Shown: one piece after another, positions 37,046 to 49,400 of the stretch
Position numbering within the stretch: position 1 is the first letter of the stretch
Layout of the letters: the number at the start of each line of letters is the position of its first letter
Assembly (NCBI GenBank): GCA_013265495.1
Contig: MU059403.1
Coordinates: 1,068,960 to 1,132,959, forward strand
Direction: 5' to 3'
Length of the DNA: 64,000 bases
Source: Vicugna vicugna
Taxonomy: Eukaryota
The notes under the pieces: model-generated
What the model saw: only the letters and a program-made list of their open reading frames with translations
Told to the model about the DNA's origin: nothing
Database searches by the model: none
Made by a program: the position numbers and the translations under genes

Positions 37046-40000
37046 AGCCCCACCCTACCCGTGCCCACGTGCTGGGCAGCACGGCTGAGCTCTGCTTCCA
37101 CAAACCCTCGAACGAGATGCTCACCACCATCTCACCTCCTCTGTTCTGGTAGATTGTGCTTCACCCTGGGTCGAGCTGGGCTCTAGGCAGGAGCACCCTG
37201 GCACAGGATGAAGGCCTTTCGCCCACGTTGTCTGCCCTCCGCATTCCTCCCTGGTTCCAGTTCTGAGCACAGAATGTGGATCCAGCCCCCTCAGGTCTCC
37301 CCCAGAGGCCTGTGAGGCAGGCAGGCATCCCTTCCCCACCCCACCCGCGTGGCTGGGGTTCACTGAGCTGAGGCTGAAAGCTGCTAGTGGATCTAAAATC
37401 CGTCTGGTTAGGAATGCAGGGAGGAGACTCTGGGTGACTGGCAGGGCAAATTGGAGCCCCGTGTGCCAATTCTCTTCTCATTTGCAAATATACTAGTGAG
37501 AGGCCCAAAGCGGTTGAGGCCAGTTTTGTGAATCCAGCCTCACAAAGAGAGACCCTCATTTTAAAACAGAAATGGGAGATTCCAGATTTCACAGCTGTTT
37601 GTTGAGCTAGAATTTACCCTGAATTCAAAAGAAGAAAGGAAATCCTGGCTCAGGAGGGAGATTTTACAGGACAATACCTTCCCAATTGGGACGGGACAGG
37701 CTATGATTGAGCTGATAATATCAAAAGCTCTGATGTCATTTAAGGCTGACACAAAGCGTTTGGCCGAGGGCAGCGCCTCATTACTGTGGCTGAGACAGAA
37801 AAATGCTCTCTGTCCTTTTGTAAGTGTCAGTGTTTAGATAATTAAAAAAAATAAAAACTCCCAGAACATATTTCTCAAACGGTAATTGACTACAAATCAA
37901 CCAACATTGTGATGAGACATTCAGAAGTGCCTACATCCCTGCGGGATGTGGGGGAGGCTGGGGCGGGGGGTGGATTCCACACAGAAACGGGTCCTTTCTT
38001 TCCTTCCCTGTCTCAGCTGCTTGGTCCTCTTTCAAAGAAGAAATGAAACAGGAAACATTCAAAATGTCTCTTACATTAGGTCATCAGGTTCATCCTTTTG
38101 GTGAAGAATTACCCAGCAGCCCCCACTCTGCAGGTGCAGCCGTGGGCTCTGCAGACGCAGCTTCCCTGGGACAGTGGTGGTCGGGAAGACCGGCCGTGCA
38201 GGCACGCTGGCCGTGGACCCCGTAGCCCCTGCCCCACCTCCTCCCCACCTGGGGACTCCTTCCTCTGGGCCCTGTGACTGAAGATGCAGCTCTTCAAAGG
38301 AGGTTTGGGACCCCGGGCCTCTCGGTCCAGCCACCCAGACCCTGAATCAGCTGAGAGGCCGGTCTCTGCTCTTCCACGTCTCCATCGGGGGCAGGAGCTC
38401 ACACAGCCAGCGTCCTGGACGGTGCAGCAGGGTGGCCACTGCACAGACGCATGTGCCCGTGCAGCCCTGGGGCCGCAAGCTCCCCGGGCCTTTCATCCAG
38501 CTGTAACGTGGCACTGCGGAGTTCCACCGCGGAGTTCCACAGCGGATGCCCCTGCAGATGGGAAAGCGGGTCAGGACCTGAAACAGGGTATCTCACTGAA
38601 GGATGTGCGGGTGTGTGTGATCACCAGGGACTTTTTGTCTGTCCAGACTCACCCTTTCTGGAAGTCCCTCCCTCTGCTAATTGACCTGTGGTCCTCCTGC
38701 CTCTGTGCCTCCAGTCCCCCACTGGAGGTCGGCAGGCAAGACCCAGCCAGACCCACTGGGGAGTGTGCTCATGGTGGCCTTGTCCCCACGAGGAGCGAGG
38801 CTGCCTGAGAGCAAAGCCAACACAGAGGCCAGTGGAGGGGCGGCCAACCCCTGCCCTCATCTGAGCTCACACAGCCCTTCCCTCTCGAGCCAGCTGGACT
38901 TGAAGCCTCCTGACCAGTGTTTCCCACTGGCGAGGAGCAGGCCCGGGATCTGAACTCTGTATTATCCAGCCCCGCGATCCAGAGCCCTAGCTGCGCCAGG
39001 GAACCCCGGTTACCCCCTCCCCGGACTCCACAACCCACCAACTGCATCAAATCAACGGTCAGTTTGCGTCCCGGCTTCTCTCCATCAGACTTCCCACAGT
39101 CACACCCTGTGCTCTCACGGGCATAGGAGAGGACATTTCGACACCAAGCGGCTTGTTCCAGCCAGAGGAGCCCCGGGGAGGGTCCTGCAGGGGCAGCTTG
39201 TCCCACGGTGAGCGCAGGGCCGCCACCGTGTGGACGGGCGTCCTCGCCGGTCCCGCCTGCTCTGCGGTCCCTGGGCTGTTCCTTCACAGCCCCTCAGCTG
39301 CGCCCGTCTACCGCTGACCTCGCCACACCCCATCCCTGGTCACCCCGTGCCCTCCTGCCCTCTCCTTCAGGAATGTTCACCTAAATGCTGATGGTCAGGG
39401 ACTGCAGCTCCAGATCTCCTCACCCAGCTTCACGCCACGTTCACAGTCCCTACCCACCCCTCCCGTCCCCGCCCGGTTGCCTCGAGTCCTGCGTGGCCAG
39501 ACCTGAGGGTCACCCTCCCAGACCCAGCCTGCCCCCCGTGTTAGTGCTGGGGCCTCAGACACACCGGGGTCGGAACAGAAGACCCGTGGGCCCAGGTCTC
39601 CCTCCCTCTAACCCAGGTGGGGACCACGTTCTGACAGTTCTCCATCCTAACGGAAAACCAACTTCACTTCCCCTTTCTCCACACCCACTTTTCTCAGGAA
39701 CAGTCACCACCACCTCTCCTCTGGGCTGCCCGCGCCCTCCATCATCACAGCCCCCGGAGGTCACCTGATGCGGAAGCCATTCACCCACAGGCGGCTGATG
39801 GTTCAGGGACGCTTTCCTGGGAGGGGCCTCAGCTGCTCAATGACTGAGCTGGAAAGGAACGCGCGTGCTGAGAGCAGCCCTCCCAGGCCTTTGACCCAAT
39901 CCAGCCGGCGTCTGACCTGCTGACTGTGCGCAGGACCTCTTCAAAAGGCGTGTGGGCCCGGCCCCGCCCGGCCCGGGTCCGGCTCTGCCCGTACTGCTTC

Positions 40001-41254
40001 GCGGCCTCCCTGCCCTTCTCTCGCTGTTTGCACAAGTGTGGGCTCTCTGACCAAACACTTCATTTCAAACAATGGCCTAGATTCATCCCTAAGGGGCTGG
40101 CACTCACCTACTGTTTTCCGTCTTTGAACTCGATGTCCTTGGACCCGGTCGGTCATTGAGCAACTTCCTGCAGGACCGCGCCATCCCCCGGGGGGCAGGG
40201 CTGTTTAACCCTTCTCACCACAGCCCCGGCAGCCACAACAAACCCAGCTTCCCAGTGCCCCGGCCCCTGAACTCCCAGTGCCCCTCGGCGATTTGGGTTT
40301 AATTGCAGCATTTTCAAAGACAGCTTCCCCGTCAGCCTCAGACTGAGAGGCAGCCCCATCTCCCGGGCACAGCCGCAGCTTTGGGTCCCGGGACCTGAGC
40401 GTAAACCAGCGGGTTCCCAGGGCCTGCCGGGTCGCCCGCTACAGCCGGGGTGGGCCTTGTGCTCAGCCTGCAGCCTGGAGAAGGGCTTACTGGCCCTTCG
40501 GGGATGTGCCCTCCCGATGTCCCGGCTCCCGCGCAGAGGACGGAGGAGGCAGTGTGCAGAACCCAGCCCAGAGAGGCCCGGCACCGGCCAGCTGCCCTTG
40601 GAGGGATGCTGCGGGCCTGATGGTGCAGGCTCCCCAGAACCAGCGCCCGCCTGCACCCCCAGGAGAGGAGGGGGCGGGACCAGGGCCCACCCGCGGCACT
40701 GATGGCCCTGACAGTCCTGCTGCCGCGCTCCCTGGTCAGCAGCCAAGGACGTGCAGCTTCATCCAGGCCCCGCGCCTGCTCGAACCGGAGCCCGCTGTGT
40801 ACCCAGTGCCCGGAGCCCGCTGGCTCACACCCACCGGTGAGAGGGCCTTCCTGCCCTGAGCTGCGTCCCAGCCTTTGGCTCAGGCTGGCGCCTCCTCTCC
40901 CTCAGGACTGCCTCTGGATTCTCAGTGGTGGACCTGAGCTGAGAAGCTCGAGTGGGGTGCAGGGGGCCTGGGCGTGGCCGACTCCAGGAGAAGTAAGGAC
41001 TCGGCCCCTTGTTGCCCCGCACAGTGGGCAGGGCCAGGCTGGGGTCCTCCCCGACCCCACGAGCACACTCCCAGGGTGGACCAGGAAATTTCGGGAGAGA
41101 GGGAGGTTCAGGATGTCAGGAGAGACCTCAATGGGGCCTGCGGGAGCCCCTGACCCCACGAATCAGTGCCCTGCAGGTCTCTGCATCCGCAGCAGCCCAG
41201 GGCCCTCTGCCTGGAGCAACCATGGGCTCCTCACAGTGGCCCTATTGCTACAAA

Positions 41255-41370
41255 AGGCCACCATGCAAATGGGTAAACTGAGGCTTTGGAGAGCCAGGTA
41301 ACAAGGCCTGGGCTACGTGGCAAGAGAAGGGCAGGCTGGGGCTCGTAACCCGGCCCTGTGAGTCAGGAGT
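41255..41370 (-). mobile_element. MIR SINE
   Basis: catgcaaatgggtaaactgaggctttggagagccaggtaac. Confidence 0.6.
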
Positions 41371-42326
41371 TGGTACCACCTCACTGCCTGGGTGGCAGAC
41401 AGACTAGGAGCTTCTGGGGACCCTGAGGAGGGACAGCCCCAGTCAGCTGGTTCCTGGTGGAAGGGAGATGCTTCCTCATGTCCTCTGTCCCCCAAACCTG
41501 CTCGTGGAGCCATCTGTGCCCCTGATACCACCAGCGGATGCCCAGCTCCCATGGGTCCTCCTGCTGCTCGGCCCTTGACCCCAGCCTGTGGCCCCCGCCC
41601 TGACCCTGCCAGCCCCCTGGTCCTCAGCACTTGGCCCTGCTGCCACCAGGCCAGCGCTCGTGTCATCGGGCCTTTTGTGTGAAGTGCTGTTTCATGAATT
41701 CTGCCCAGGGAGCAGGAAGGGAGCGGGCAGCCTGCTTCCTGCCTGGGGTGCCGCCATCCACACTCAACGGGACGGGGTGCAGGCTCCGCCAGGCCGGGGG
41801 GGCACTGGGTGGTAGCGCCGCGCTGCAGAAACCGAGGTCAGTGAGCGCCCAGCAGTGCACCCTTCCTCTCTGCCAGCCGCGGGGGGTCTGCAGGAACCTC
41901 CTGTCAGCCCCCAGGGCTGTCGCCGGGCCGCCTGCCGCTTTGTGCCACCTCTGCATCTGCGCAGCACCGGCAGGAGGCAGCCCGGGGGCCAGGCCTGGCC
42001 GCAGAGCAGGAAGACCCAAAGGCACGCTGACCTCTTCACTGCCCACTCAGGCAGAGGCCACCCCTGGCACAGGTCAGCCCGCGTCCTCATGTCTGCACTG
42101 TCACCCGTCCCCTGGTGGCAGCCCCGATGTGTTTCTCCCCCAAGCCTGCTCCCCCCTGAGTATCTCGCCTCCCGGGTCCGCGTGGTCCCCCTCCAGTCCA
42201 CCCCCTCTAACCTGTCCTCCCTCCACCTCTGCGATCCTTTCCGGCCCCGAAACAAAGCCCACCACAATTCAAGGGCTGGAAACCGTCCCTCCTCCTCCTC
42301 CCTGAGGCAGGGAGCCCTCAGAGGCT

Positions 42327-42360
42327 CACGCTGGGCCACGCACGCTGGGCCACGCACGCT
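42327..42360. repeat. 14-bp tandem duplication (CACGCTGGGCCACG)2 plus partial third copy
   Basis: Exact copies 42327-42340 and 42341-42354. Confidence 0.9.
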
Positions 42361-42765
42361 CCGTGCCCTCATCCCTCCCCGTCTCCTCCCGGCTGGCTCC
42401 TTCGCTCTCTCCTGTCCGCACAGGTCGGAGACCCCTTCAGCCACCTCCCCCTGCCCCGAGCATGCGCGCACTGGAAGAGGGTCTGGTACTCAGTCGCGTG
42501 AAGGAGGGGCCTTTGGGACTTTGGTTCTAAACGTCAGCTGGGGCTTCAAAAAGCCAGAACACTAATCATCTCTGTAGTGTGTACGAGGAATGTTGTTAAA
42601 GAACAAAACCCAGCTCTCTGAGGATTTTTATCAACTCTGCTCAGTAACGCGGGTCACGCTCCAAACATGGAGAATGTACTTCTCACGCTTGATTGCAGTG
42701 GGAACTCACCCCCAGTCAAAGCGACGGTCGCGACGTCACAGGGAACCAGTAAATGTGGGTTGTTT

Positions 42766-42900
42766 AATAAAATGAAGGCTGGCAATGCAACTCCGTCCAG
42801 CTGCAAACACTGGTTGTGAGGTGTAGCCACTGATACTGCGTCATGTTTAGAAATCCTTTCTATCACTGGTCAAGAAAATGTCTTTGACCATACTAATAAA
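42766..42900 (+). terminator. Pair of AATAAA polyadenylation signals (+)
   Basis: AATAAA at 42766-42771 and 42895-42900, the latter followed by ctgttttgg; no upstream transcript identified. Confidence 0.25.
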
Positions 42901-43086
42901 CTGTTTTGGAGATGAAAAAACAGAAAACAAACAAACGAAACTCCTGCCTCGCTTCCGGGAGGCTGCCTGAAGAGCCCCTCTCCTGGGCTCTGGGACGTTC
43001 CAGGCCCCCCACCTCTGGCAGAACCCACCACACCCTTCATCAGCGAGGGTCTGTGTGCTGGTCTCCCCAGAACAAGGGCCAGGTAG

Positions 43087-43165
43087 TGTCTATGTTTGTG
43101 CATCCAGAACTAGACCTGCGCCTAGAATACGATGTGCCTTTAATAAGTGCTTGTTGAGTAAACAG
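43087..43165 (+). mobile_element. L2 3' terminal fragment
   Basis: gcgcctagaatacgatgtgcctttaataagtgcttgttgagtaaac resembles the L2 end gtgcctggcacatagtaggtgctcaataaatatttgttgaatgaat. Confidence 0.65.
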
Positions 43166-44417
43166 CCGAGATGTCACCTCCTGACAGAGGCACAAGCCCC
43201 GGGGCGTCTGTCTCCGCCTTTCACAGTGAATAATCCCTGAGGGAGGCCGCCCATCCGTCAGCCCCGCCCCTCCCTCCCCACGGGACACGCCCTCCGGTCG
43301 CTGGGGGTCGTCAGGGCACGAGGAAGCCCCAGTTTTAGATAGGAACCCTCCTCTTCTGCCATATTTACCAGCGTGGACGGTTTTGGTGGGATTTACACGC
43401 ACAGTTTATATCATTAACACGAGCATTGTCCTTACTGTTATATAGAAAGTACAGTACCGAAGAGGTTTTCCAAAGCAAAGGGCTCCACGGGAGCATCACT
43501 GGTTTGGGGTGGGTGGCTGGACAACCGGGCCCACGTGCCGCGCAGGCCGGGCTGCGGTGCTGAGTGTGGCTACCACACCCGGCCCTGCCTCCTCCCAAGG
43601 CCCCACTGCCCACCGCACCTGGGTGAGTTTCCGGGAGTCAGCCGGCCCCGGGCCTCCCGGACGCCCTGGCAGGCACCCCCTGCGCAGCACGGGCCAGCTC
43701 TGTGAGGAGGAAGAACTGGAGGAAAGTGGTGCCTCTGCCTGAAAGAGGCTTTGAGATAAGTGCAGCCACAGCAGACACTCCTGAGATGAGCTGTGGACAG
43801 AAACTGCACAGACAGGCGCGAGAGCTGCAGTGTGGGTGTGGCGGCTGTGCTCTCCACGACCCACACAGACGTGTCTCACGGACAAAGCTGCAGCCGCAAG
43901 GGTTCCAGCTCCGCCTGAGCGCACGTGGCAGCCGGGGCCCGGGACTGGAAACCTGCTCTCTCAGATCCCGGAGGTCAGAGGCTTTGGGACGCAGCGATGG
44001 CTGCCCAGGCTTCTCATTTCAGAGGTGAAAGAGGCCGAGGGCCAGACATGACTTGGCCACAGAAGGCCGCACGAACGGCCGCCCCCCGCCCAGGCTGCTC
44101 CCACCACGGAGCCGCTGCCTGAGCGCATTCCGGGCATTCCACGGCGCCTCCGCGCCTTATCAGAGGGTTTGCTGAGGCTCCTGTTATCTCCTTCTCACGT
44201 ATCAGTGACAGAAGTCTTCCGCCCTCCCCGCCTGTCCACCATCTGCAAAGAAACCCAGGGCCGCGCGGTGACATCTCAGATAAGAGGGGTGGGGGCTGGA
44301 ATCTTTGGGGTTCTTATTTCCCTTCAAACATGGCCAGCTGTAACGTAAGTGTACATATTCAAATCTTACATAGTAATGTACAGTAAAATCTTACATAGTA
44401 TACAAATGAATATACAA

Positions 44418-44555
44418 TTTTTAGAATTATTTAGTTTGTTGGGGGGAGGTGATTAAGTGTATTTATTTAGTGTTTTAGTGGAGGTGCTGGGGATTGAACC
44501 CGGGGCCTTGTGCATGCTAAGCATGCGTTCTACCACTGAGCTACACCCTCCTCCC
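44418..44555 (-). mobile_element. Camelid tRNA-Ala(AGC)-derived SINE (Vic-1 type)
   Basis: Minus: ggagggtgtagctcagtggtagaacgcatgcttagcatgcacaaggccccgggttcaatccccagcacctcca plus tail aaatacacttaatcacctcccccc; intact A and B boxes. Confidence 0.95.
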
Positions 44556-45752
44556 TGTAATGTGTATTTCTAAAAATCGTTTTTATGTTTAAATCTTGAA
44601 GATAGTGAGAGTCCAGGCCAACGCTCTAGCTTCGCCACTGAACATGCACGTTAGCACTCCCTCCTCCTTCAAGAAGTGACTATTTCAAAGGATAATCATC
44701 AACTGGCATCGAAAGAATTCGGCCTTAATCACCGAGAGAGCACGTCCTAACCCCAGCCTCGCCCACACATGCCCGCGGGACCTAGGACAGGTCACCCGGC
44801 CGCTCGCAGCCCAGGTCGCACGAGGTCAGTCCCTGCAGGAGGACACAGCCCCTCAGCTTTGGGGAAGCGGAGTTGTTCAGTCCCAGCTAAGAGGAAAAAC
44901 TCCACTTTGAGAGAAAATATGTGCCCTGTCTTTTCCACAAGGAATTCAACCATTAAAAGTCTGGATTTGCTAGAAAGTCTGCTGCTGTGCCATGGAACCC
45001 AAGCCAGGAATCCCCTGAGCGACACAAACCAGGAGGGCCAGGACTTACAGCCCCCGTGCTCCTCTGGGCCCTTGGCCGGCACATCCCAACACTCACAGCT
45101 CCACCTGGGGAGCGGACGGAGGCGGGGTGTCAGAGTGGTGCCCGGAGATGCGAGCCCCGCTGCAAGAGGCAGCTGCGACCCCCACATCTGTCTCCGCCTG
45201 GCCGCACCTCGTCTGCCGTCCCGCTCCCACGTCCTCCTGGACAGGCTGGCTTTCAGGTCATCCCGCTGGCTGGGTTTGGCCTTGTGCGCCCGGGGCCACT
45301 TTTACCATCGGCCCAGTCTAGTGGGGTTGAAAAAATGACTGAGCTGTTTTAACCTGGTATTTTATCAAGGGACTCCTTGAATATTTTAATGATTGGATTT
45401 TACAAGCCCCGTGCTCTGGGGCCTTTTTTTTTTAGTGAAGAATAATTCTAAGATGAGCCTTGCAAATTACTATATGGAAAGAAAAGAAAAAAACTGCGTA
45501 CGTGTCTTTTCCTGGACGTCCTCCTCGAGTCCAGCTCCGGAAAGCCTGTGATCACATATCCACCCCCACAAAAGACCTTAATCTTTCTGAGATTGCTTTG
45601 CGAACTTCATCTCAACACCTAAAATTTTGATGTTTACGGTTTGATACCCTGTGCTGTGATGCACATGGAAACCTTGGGAAACCCTGGGGGCCCCCGGGTG
45701 GGTGTGTGTCTGTCCCATCCTGTGGTTGACCTGCCCTCATTTCTCCGGACAG

Positions 45753-45795
45753 ATTCTGGAGCGTACTGATTGCAGAGGACAGAGGAGTGAGAAAG
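45753..45795 (+). other. Candidate 43-nt exon (+), probably non-coding
   Basis: Acceptor cctgccctcatttctccggacag| and consensus donor AAG|GTGAGT. Confidence 0.35.
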
Positions 45796-46080
45796 GTGAG
45801 TCCAATCTGGTTTTGGGGGCTCGGCCGAAAGCGAATTTATGTTTCTCCACTCGGATGCATTATTGATGGACTTCTTGTAAATTTTTAAACGAAATAAATA
45901 ATGTATTTAGAGCAGTGTCAGTTTATGTCTGTTTACTAATTGGGTGGTCTAAATGTACCAAAACAATGTAAAAAGACTCTTTTGGAATTAACAGTGTTTC
46001 AGGAAAGAGGCAACGAATTCTCACTTTTAAGCACTTCTTTTTGTGTTGAGTGTTATTGTGTTGACTGGTGTCCGCGTTGT

Positions 46081-46200
46081 GGGGAAAATAAGGGGGAGCA
46101 GAGAAGAAAGGAAAAAGGAAAGGCAGGAAGGAAGGGAGGACGGAGGGAAATAGAAGAGGAAGGAAGGAAGAAACAAAGAACAGGGAGAGGGCGGGAGACG
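46081..46200. repeat. Polypurine (GGAA/GA)-rich tract
   Basis: gagaagaaaggaaaaaggaaaggcaggaaggaagggagg...ggaaggaaggaagaaac. Confidence 0.9.
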
Positions 46201-46480
46201 CAGTCACACTTGCCCAGTCCCTACACTCAGGCGGTGGTGCGTGCGCGTGTGCAGGAGCGTGTGCACTGGGAGGAAAGGGGCGTGGGGTGTGCAAGAGAGG
46301 GCGTGGCTCTGCCCCAGGAGAAGCTCCGCGCGGGGGGTGTAGGACGGCCCGCACCTGTGCCGGCTGCGCCGCCCCCGACCCGGGAGCAAAGACCGTCCTG
46401 CCCGGCCTGCTCCTCTGTGCCCGGAGCCCGCCCGGAACTCACAGCCCACGGGAGGCAAGTACTCAGTAATTATTTGCCGC
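46200..46480. promoter_or_regulatory. Small CpG-rich patch, possible alternative promoter or enhancer
   Basis: Local CpG cluster with GGGGCGTGG/GGGCGTGG (KLF/SP-type) boxes ~46277 and ~46299, next to the purine tract. Confidence 0.4.
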
Positions 46481-49400
46481 ACGTGCTGATGTGGTTTAAT
46501 TCAATTCGCTGACTGGCGAGTCTGGAGCAGGCCGTGTGCTGGGCTCTGGGCACACGGCCCAACGCAGAACAGGCAGCTTTGCGTCGGCGAGCACACAGCC
46601 CGGCTCCTGTGACTTTCCGGGAACTTCTTCCCCAGACCACAGCAGCTCTGGGGGCCCGGGTCTGGCAGTCCCCAGCCTGGGTCTAAAACTGGGATTTCCC
46701 TGGGATGCGGGGTGCTCAGGGATTTCTGACTCACAGCCCCACTGAAGGCCCAGAGCCCTTGGACCTGCCAGGTTCCCTCTGGAGTGAGGGTACGTCCAGT
46801 GTGCGAGATACAGACATGGTCTTGCTGCGAGGCAGGCCCTGAGCGGCTGCCTCTCTGGCTGTCTTCATCCCTCTGCAGGTGGTGCCCTTGGTCCTGGAGC
46901 AAAGGCCATTGATCTGTCCCCATTTCGGAGTGCTGGCCACCCACACAGAACAGGTGTGGAGCAACGCATCCAGGCCGATGGGGACCGTGGGTGTGTGGGG
47001 AGCAGGGGGGCCCCAGGGCCCCATGGGACAAGCCGTGAGCTTGGCACCCACACCTCTCACCGCCCCACAGTGCGCCCTTCCTGCTTGGAGACACGAGTCA
47101 GGTTTAGTGGAAAAGCTCCCTCCCCGAGTCTCTGACGACTTGAAAACACTGGGCGAGGCTGGGCTGGTCGCAGAGTTCAGGGACCAGGGAACCGCGTGGA
47201 CGCTGGCCTCCGCCGTGCTGGAAGGCATACGCACGGCTGGTACAGACAAAACACAGTGTCCCCACACTGAGTGAGGGGAAGGTGGTGTCCCAGACGGTGT
47301 CAGCGGCATCTGTGAACCTCCTGGAATTTTATGTGGAATTACAGGTTTGTGTGTGTGTGTTTTCCGGGTGGAAGGTCCGAAGTCTCTCAGACGTCCAAAG
47401 GAGGTTAGACCCACAGCCGTGGGCCGTGCTCACCTTCTATGTACAGGAACATTTTAAAGGTGCAGAAGATCTACCTTTTTAATTCTGACACCACTTCCAG
47501 AGAACTCGCTTCTGGAGCCACTGTGAGGAGCAAGGGCAGGTCCGCGGACAGGCTCCACATGAGCGGAGGGTCATTTCTGAAAAGCAGTCTCACCTTCCAA
47601 GGCCCTGAAGCCAAAAAAAGGCGTAATTTAATCTTTTTGAAAAGAATTAATGGTATAAGTGGCCAAGTGGCTTAATTTTATGCTCACCTTGGGATTCCAA
47701 GTTTATTAAGCTTCTGCTTAGAAGTCCCCTCACCCCAAGTTCTCAATCACGTGCACGTCTCCATACAAGTGAGTAAACGGTTTGTGCGTCTCACGGCATT
47801 TAAGGAGCTGCGTTTTGACGACCTGCGCTGTCTGTCTTAGCACCTGTTTCACTAGAAATGCACGTGAACCCACTGTGCCCAGGTCACACTCCCTTGGGGT
47901 GATGCCTTAACCCCTCAGGGCGTTTCCTGACCTGCCGCTGAGAATGTGGAGAACCAGCCTCACTGGTGGGCATGGTTGGAGGCTGGACCACATCAGTGCA
48001 GTACCCGTGCCTGAGACTGGGCAGAACGGGCAATCAGAACTGCAGTTTGCTTGGTTTCCTTCGTGATCTGAAAAGGGTCCAGCTTTTCTCCAGGCTCCAG
48101 AGGGTCCAAACTGCCACAAGCACCTGCTTTTCCACCTTAGATGAGTCTTGGATTGCAAACTCCCTATGTTTAAGAGGCCTCGTATTAAGGTCCGGGCCCC
48201 AGTTTCAGCTGAGACTCTGGGGCGGGGATCCAGGCTGTGGCCCGGGGCGGGTCCTGCCGGGCCAGCAGGGAGGGGCAGGGCCTGCCTGCTCCCCGACCGG
48301 CTTTTCTGGAAGTGCTTTGACACATAGCCCACGCCTCCACTGGGCAGGCTGACTCTGAGTCCCAGGGGAGAGGCAGTCACCTGTGTGTCTGCCTGGCTGG
48401 GGTACTGGGGAGGCGGGACGTTTGTTATTTCAGGAGTAAATTACGTAAGGACCAAGGCTGGTCTCAAACCGCTCCAGCTGGATCCATTCAGGGATCTTAC
48501 CCGTGTTTCAGGAAGGATTTGTGACTCTTCCGGGCCCTGTGTTCAAGCAGAACTGTGATGTCCCACTGGAGGCCTCAGCGGAGATGCCCAAGCAGAGGGC
48601 GCGGTGCCGGCTCTCCTCCCCCTCCCCCCCACCTCCCCCAGCCTGGCCTCCTTCTCCAATGTCCTGACCCTCAGAGCCCCTCCTGCCCTCCCTGCTCTTC
48701 TCCGTGAAGAACCTCAGGACCAGGCTGGAGCCCCAGTGATCCTGGTGGATGAACCCTTTAAGGAGATGTGAAAAGATCTGGTTTCTCTTACAAACCACCC
48801 CCGCCCCGACTTTTAGATCTGAACTCACTGCTCTGCTCCTGAACCCCCACTGTGGTGAGAACAGCTCCTTTTCCGGGAAGGAAGCTTAGAAATTACATTC
48901 AGAATCTGGAAGCCGGAAGGAAGGGGTGTTTGAAGTCATCTCTTTCAATGTTTCCTAATCGGCTGACTCTGAGTCCTCTGCAGAACTGACGGAGATGGAT
49001 GTTTGCTCAGTGGGAGCAGACCTGCAGAAGCCCAGGCCCCCGTGTGGGGCTCATCCTCCCCACGCAGTCACAGACACCCCGGCCTCCAGATGCTGACCTG
49101 CTCCCCGGGGACCCTGGGGCGCTGGCGGGGCCAGCAGAGGCTGGAACAGCAGCGCGGCCCCGAAGTTGTGCAGGGATGAGCCCCCTCGCCTCCGGCCTGC
49201 AGAGTGACCGCAGGCCTGTCCCTTCTCTCGCAGACCTGTGCTTTCATCTGTTGACAAAGGACGTGTCCTCACCAGCTCCAGGCTGCTGAGAAGGACCAGG
49301 ATCAGGCTCACGCCCACAAACGGAGGCAGCCTGGGCTTGTGGGCCCACGGGACGCCCGCCCACACCCACCCGGGGCAGAGGCTTCCCCCCCTCACCCCGC

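Noticed and set aside
44478-44552. Apparent tRNA-Ala(AGC) gene on minus
   Set aside because: Anticodon stem is mismatched (CATGC/GCACA) and it is followed by the SINE-specific tail found in the other two copies; it is a SINE, not a tRNA gene
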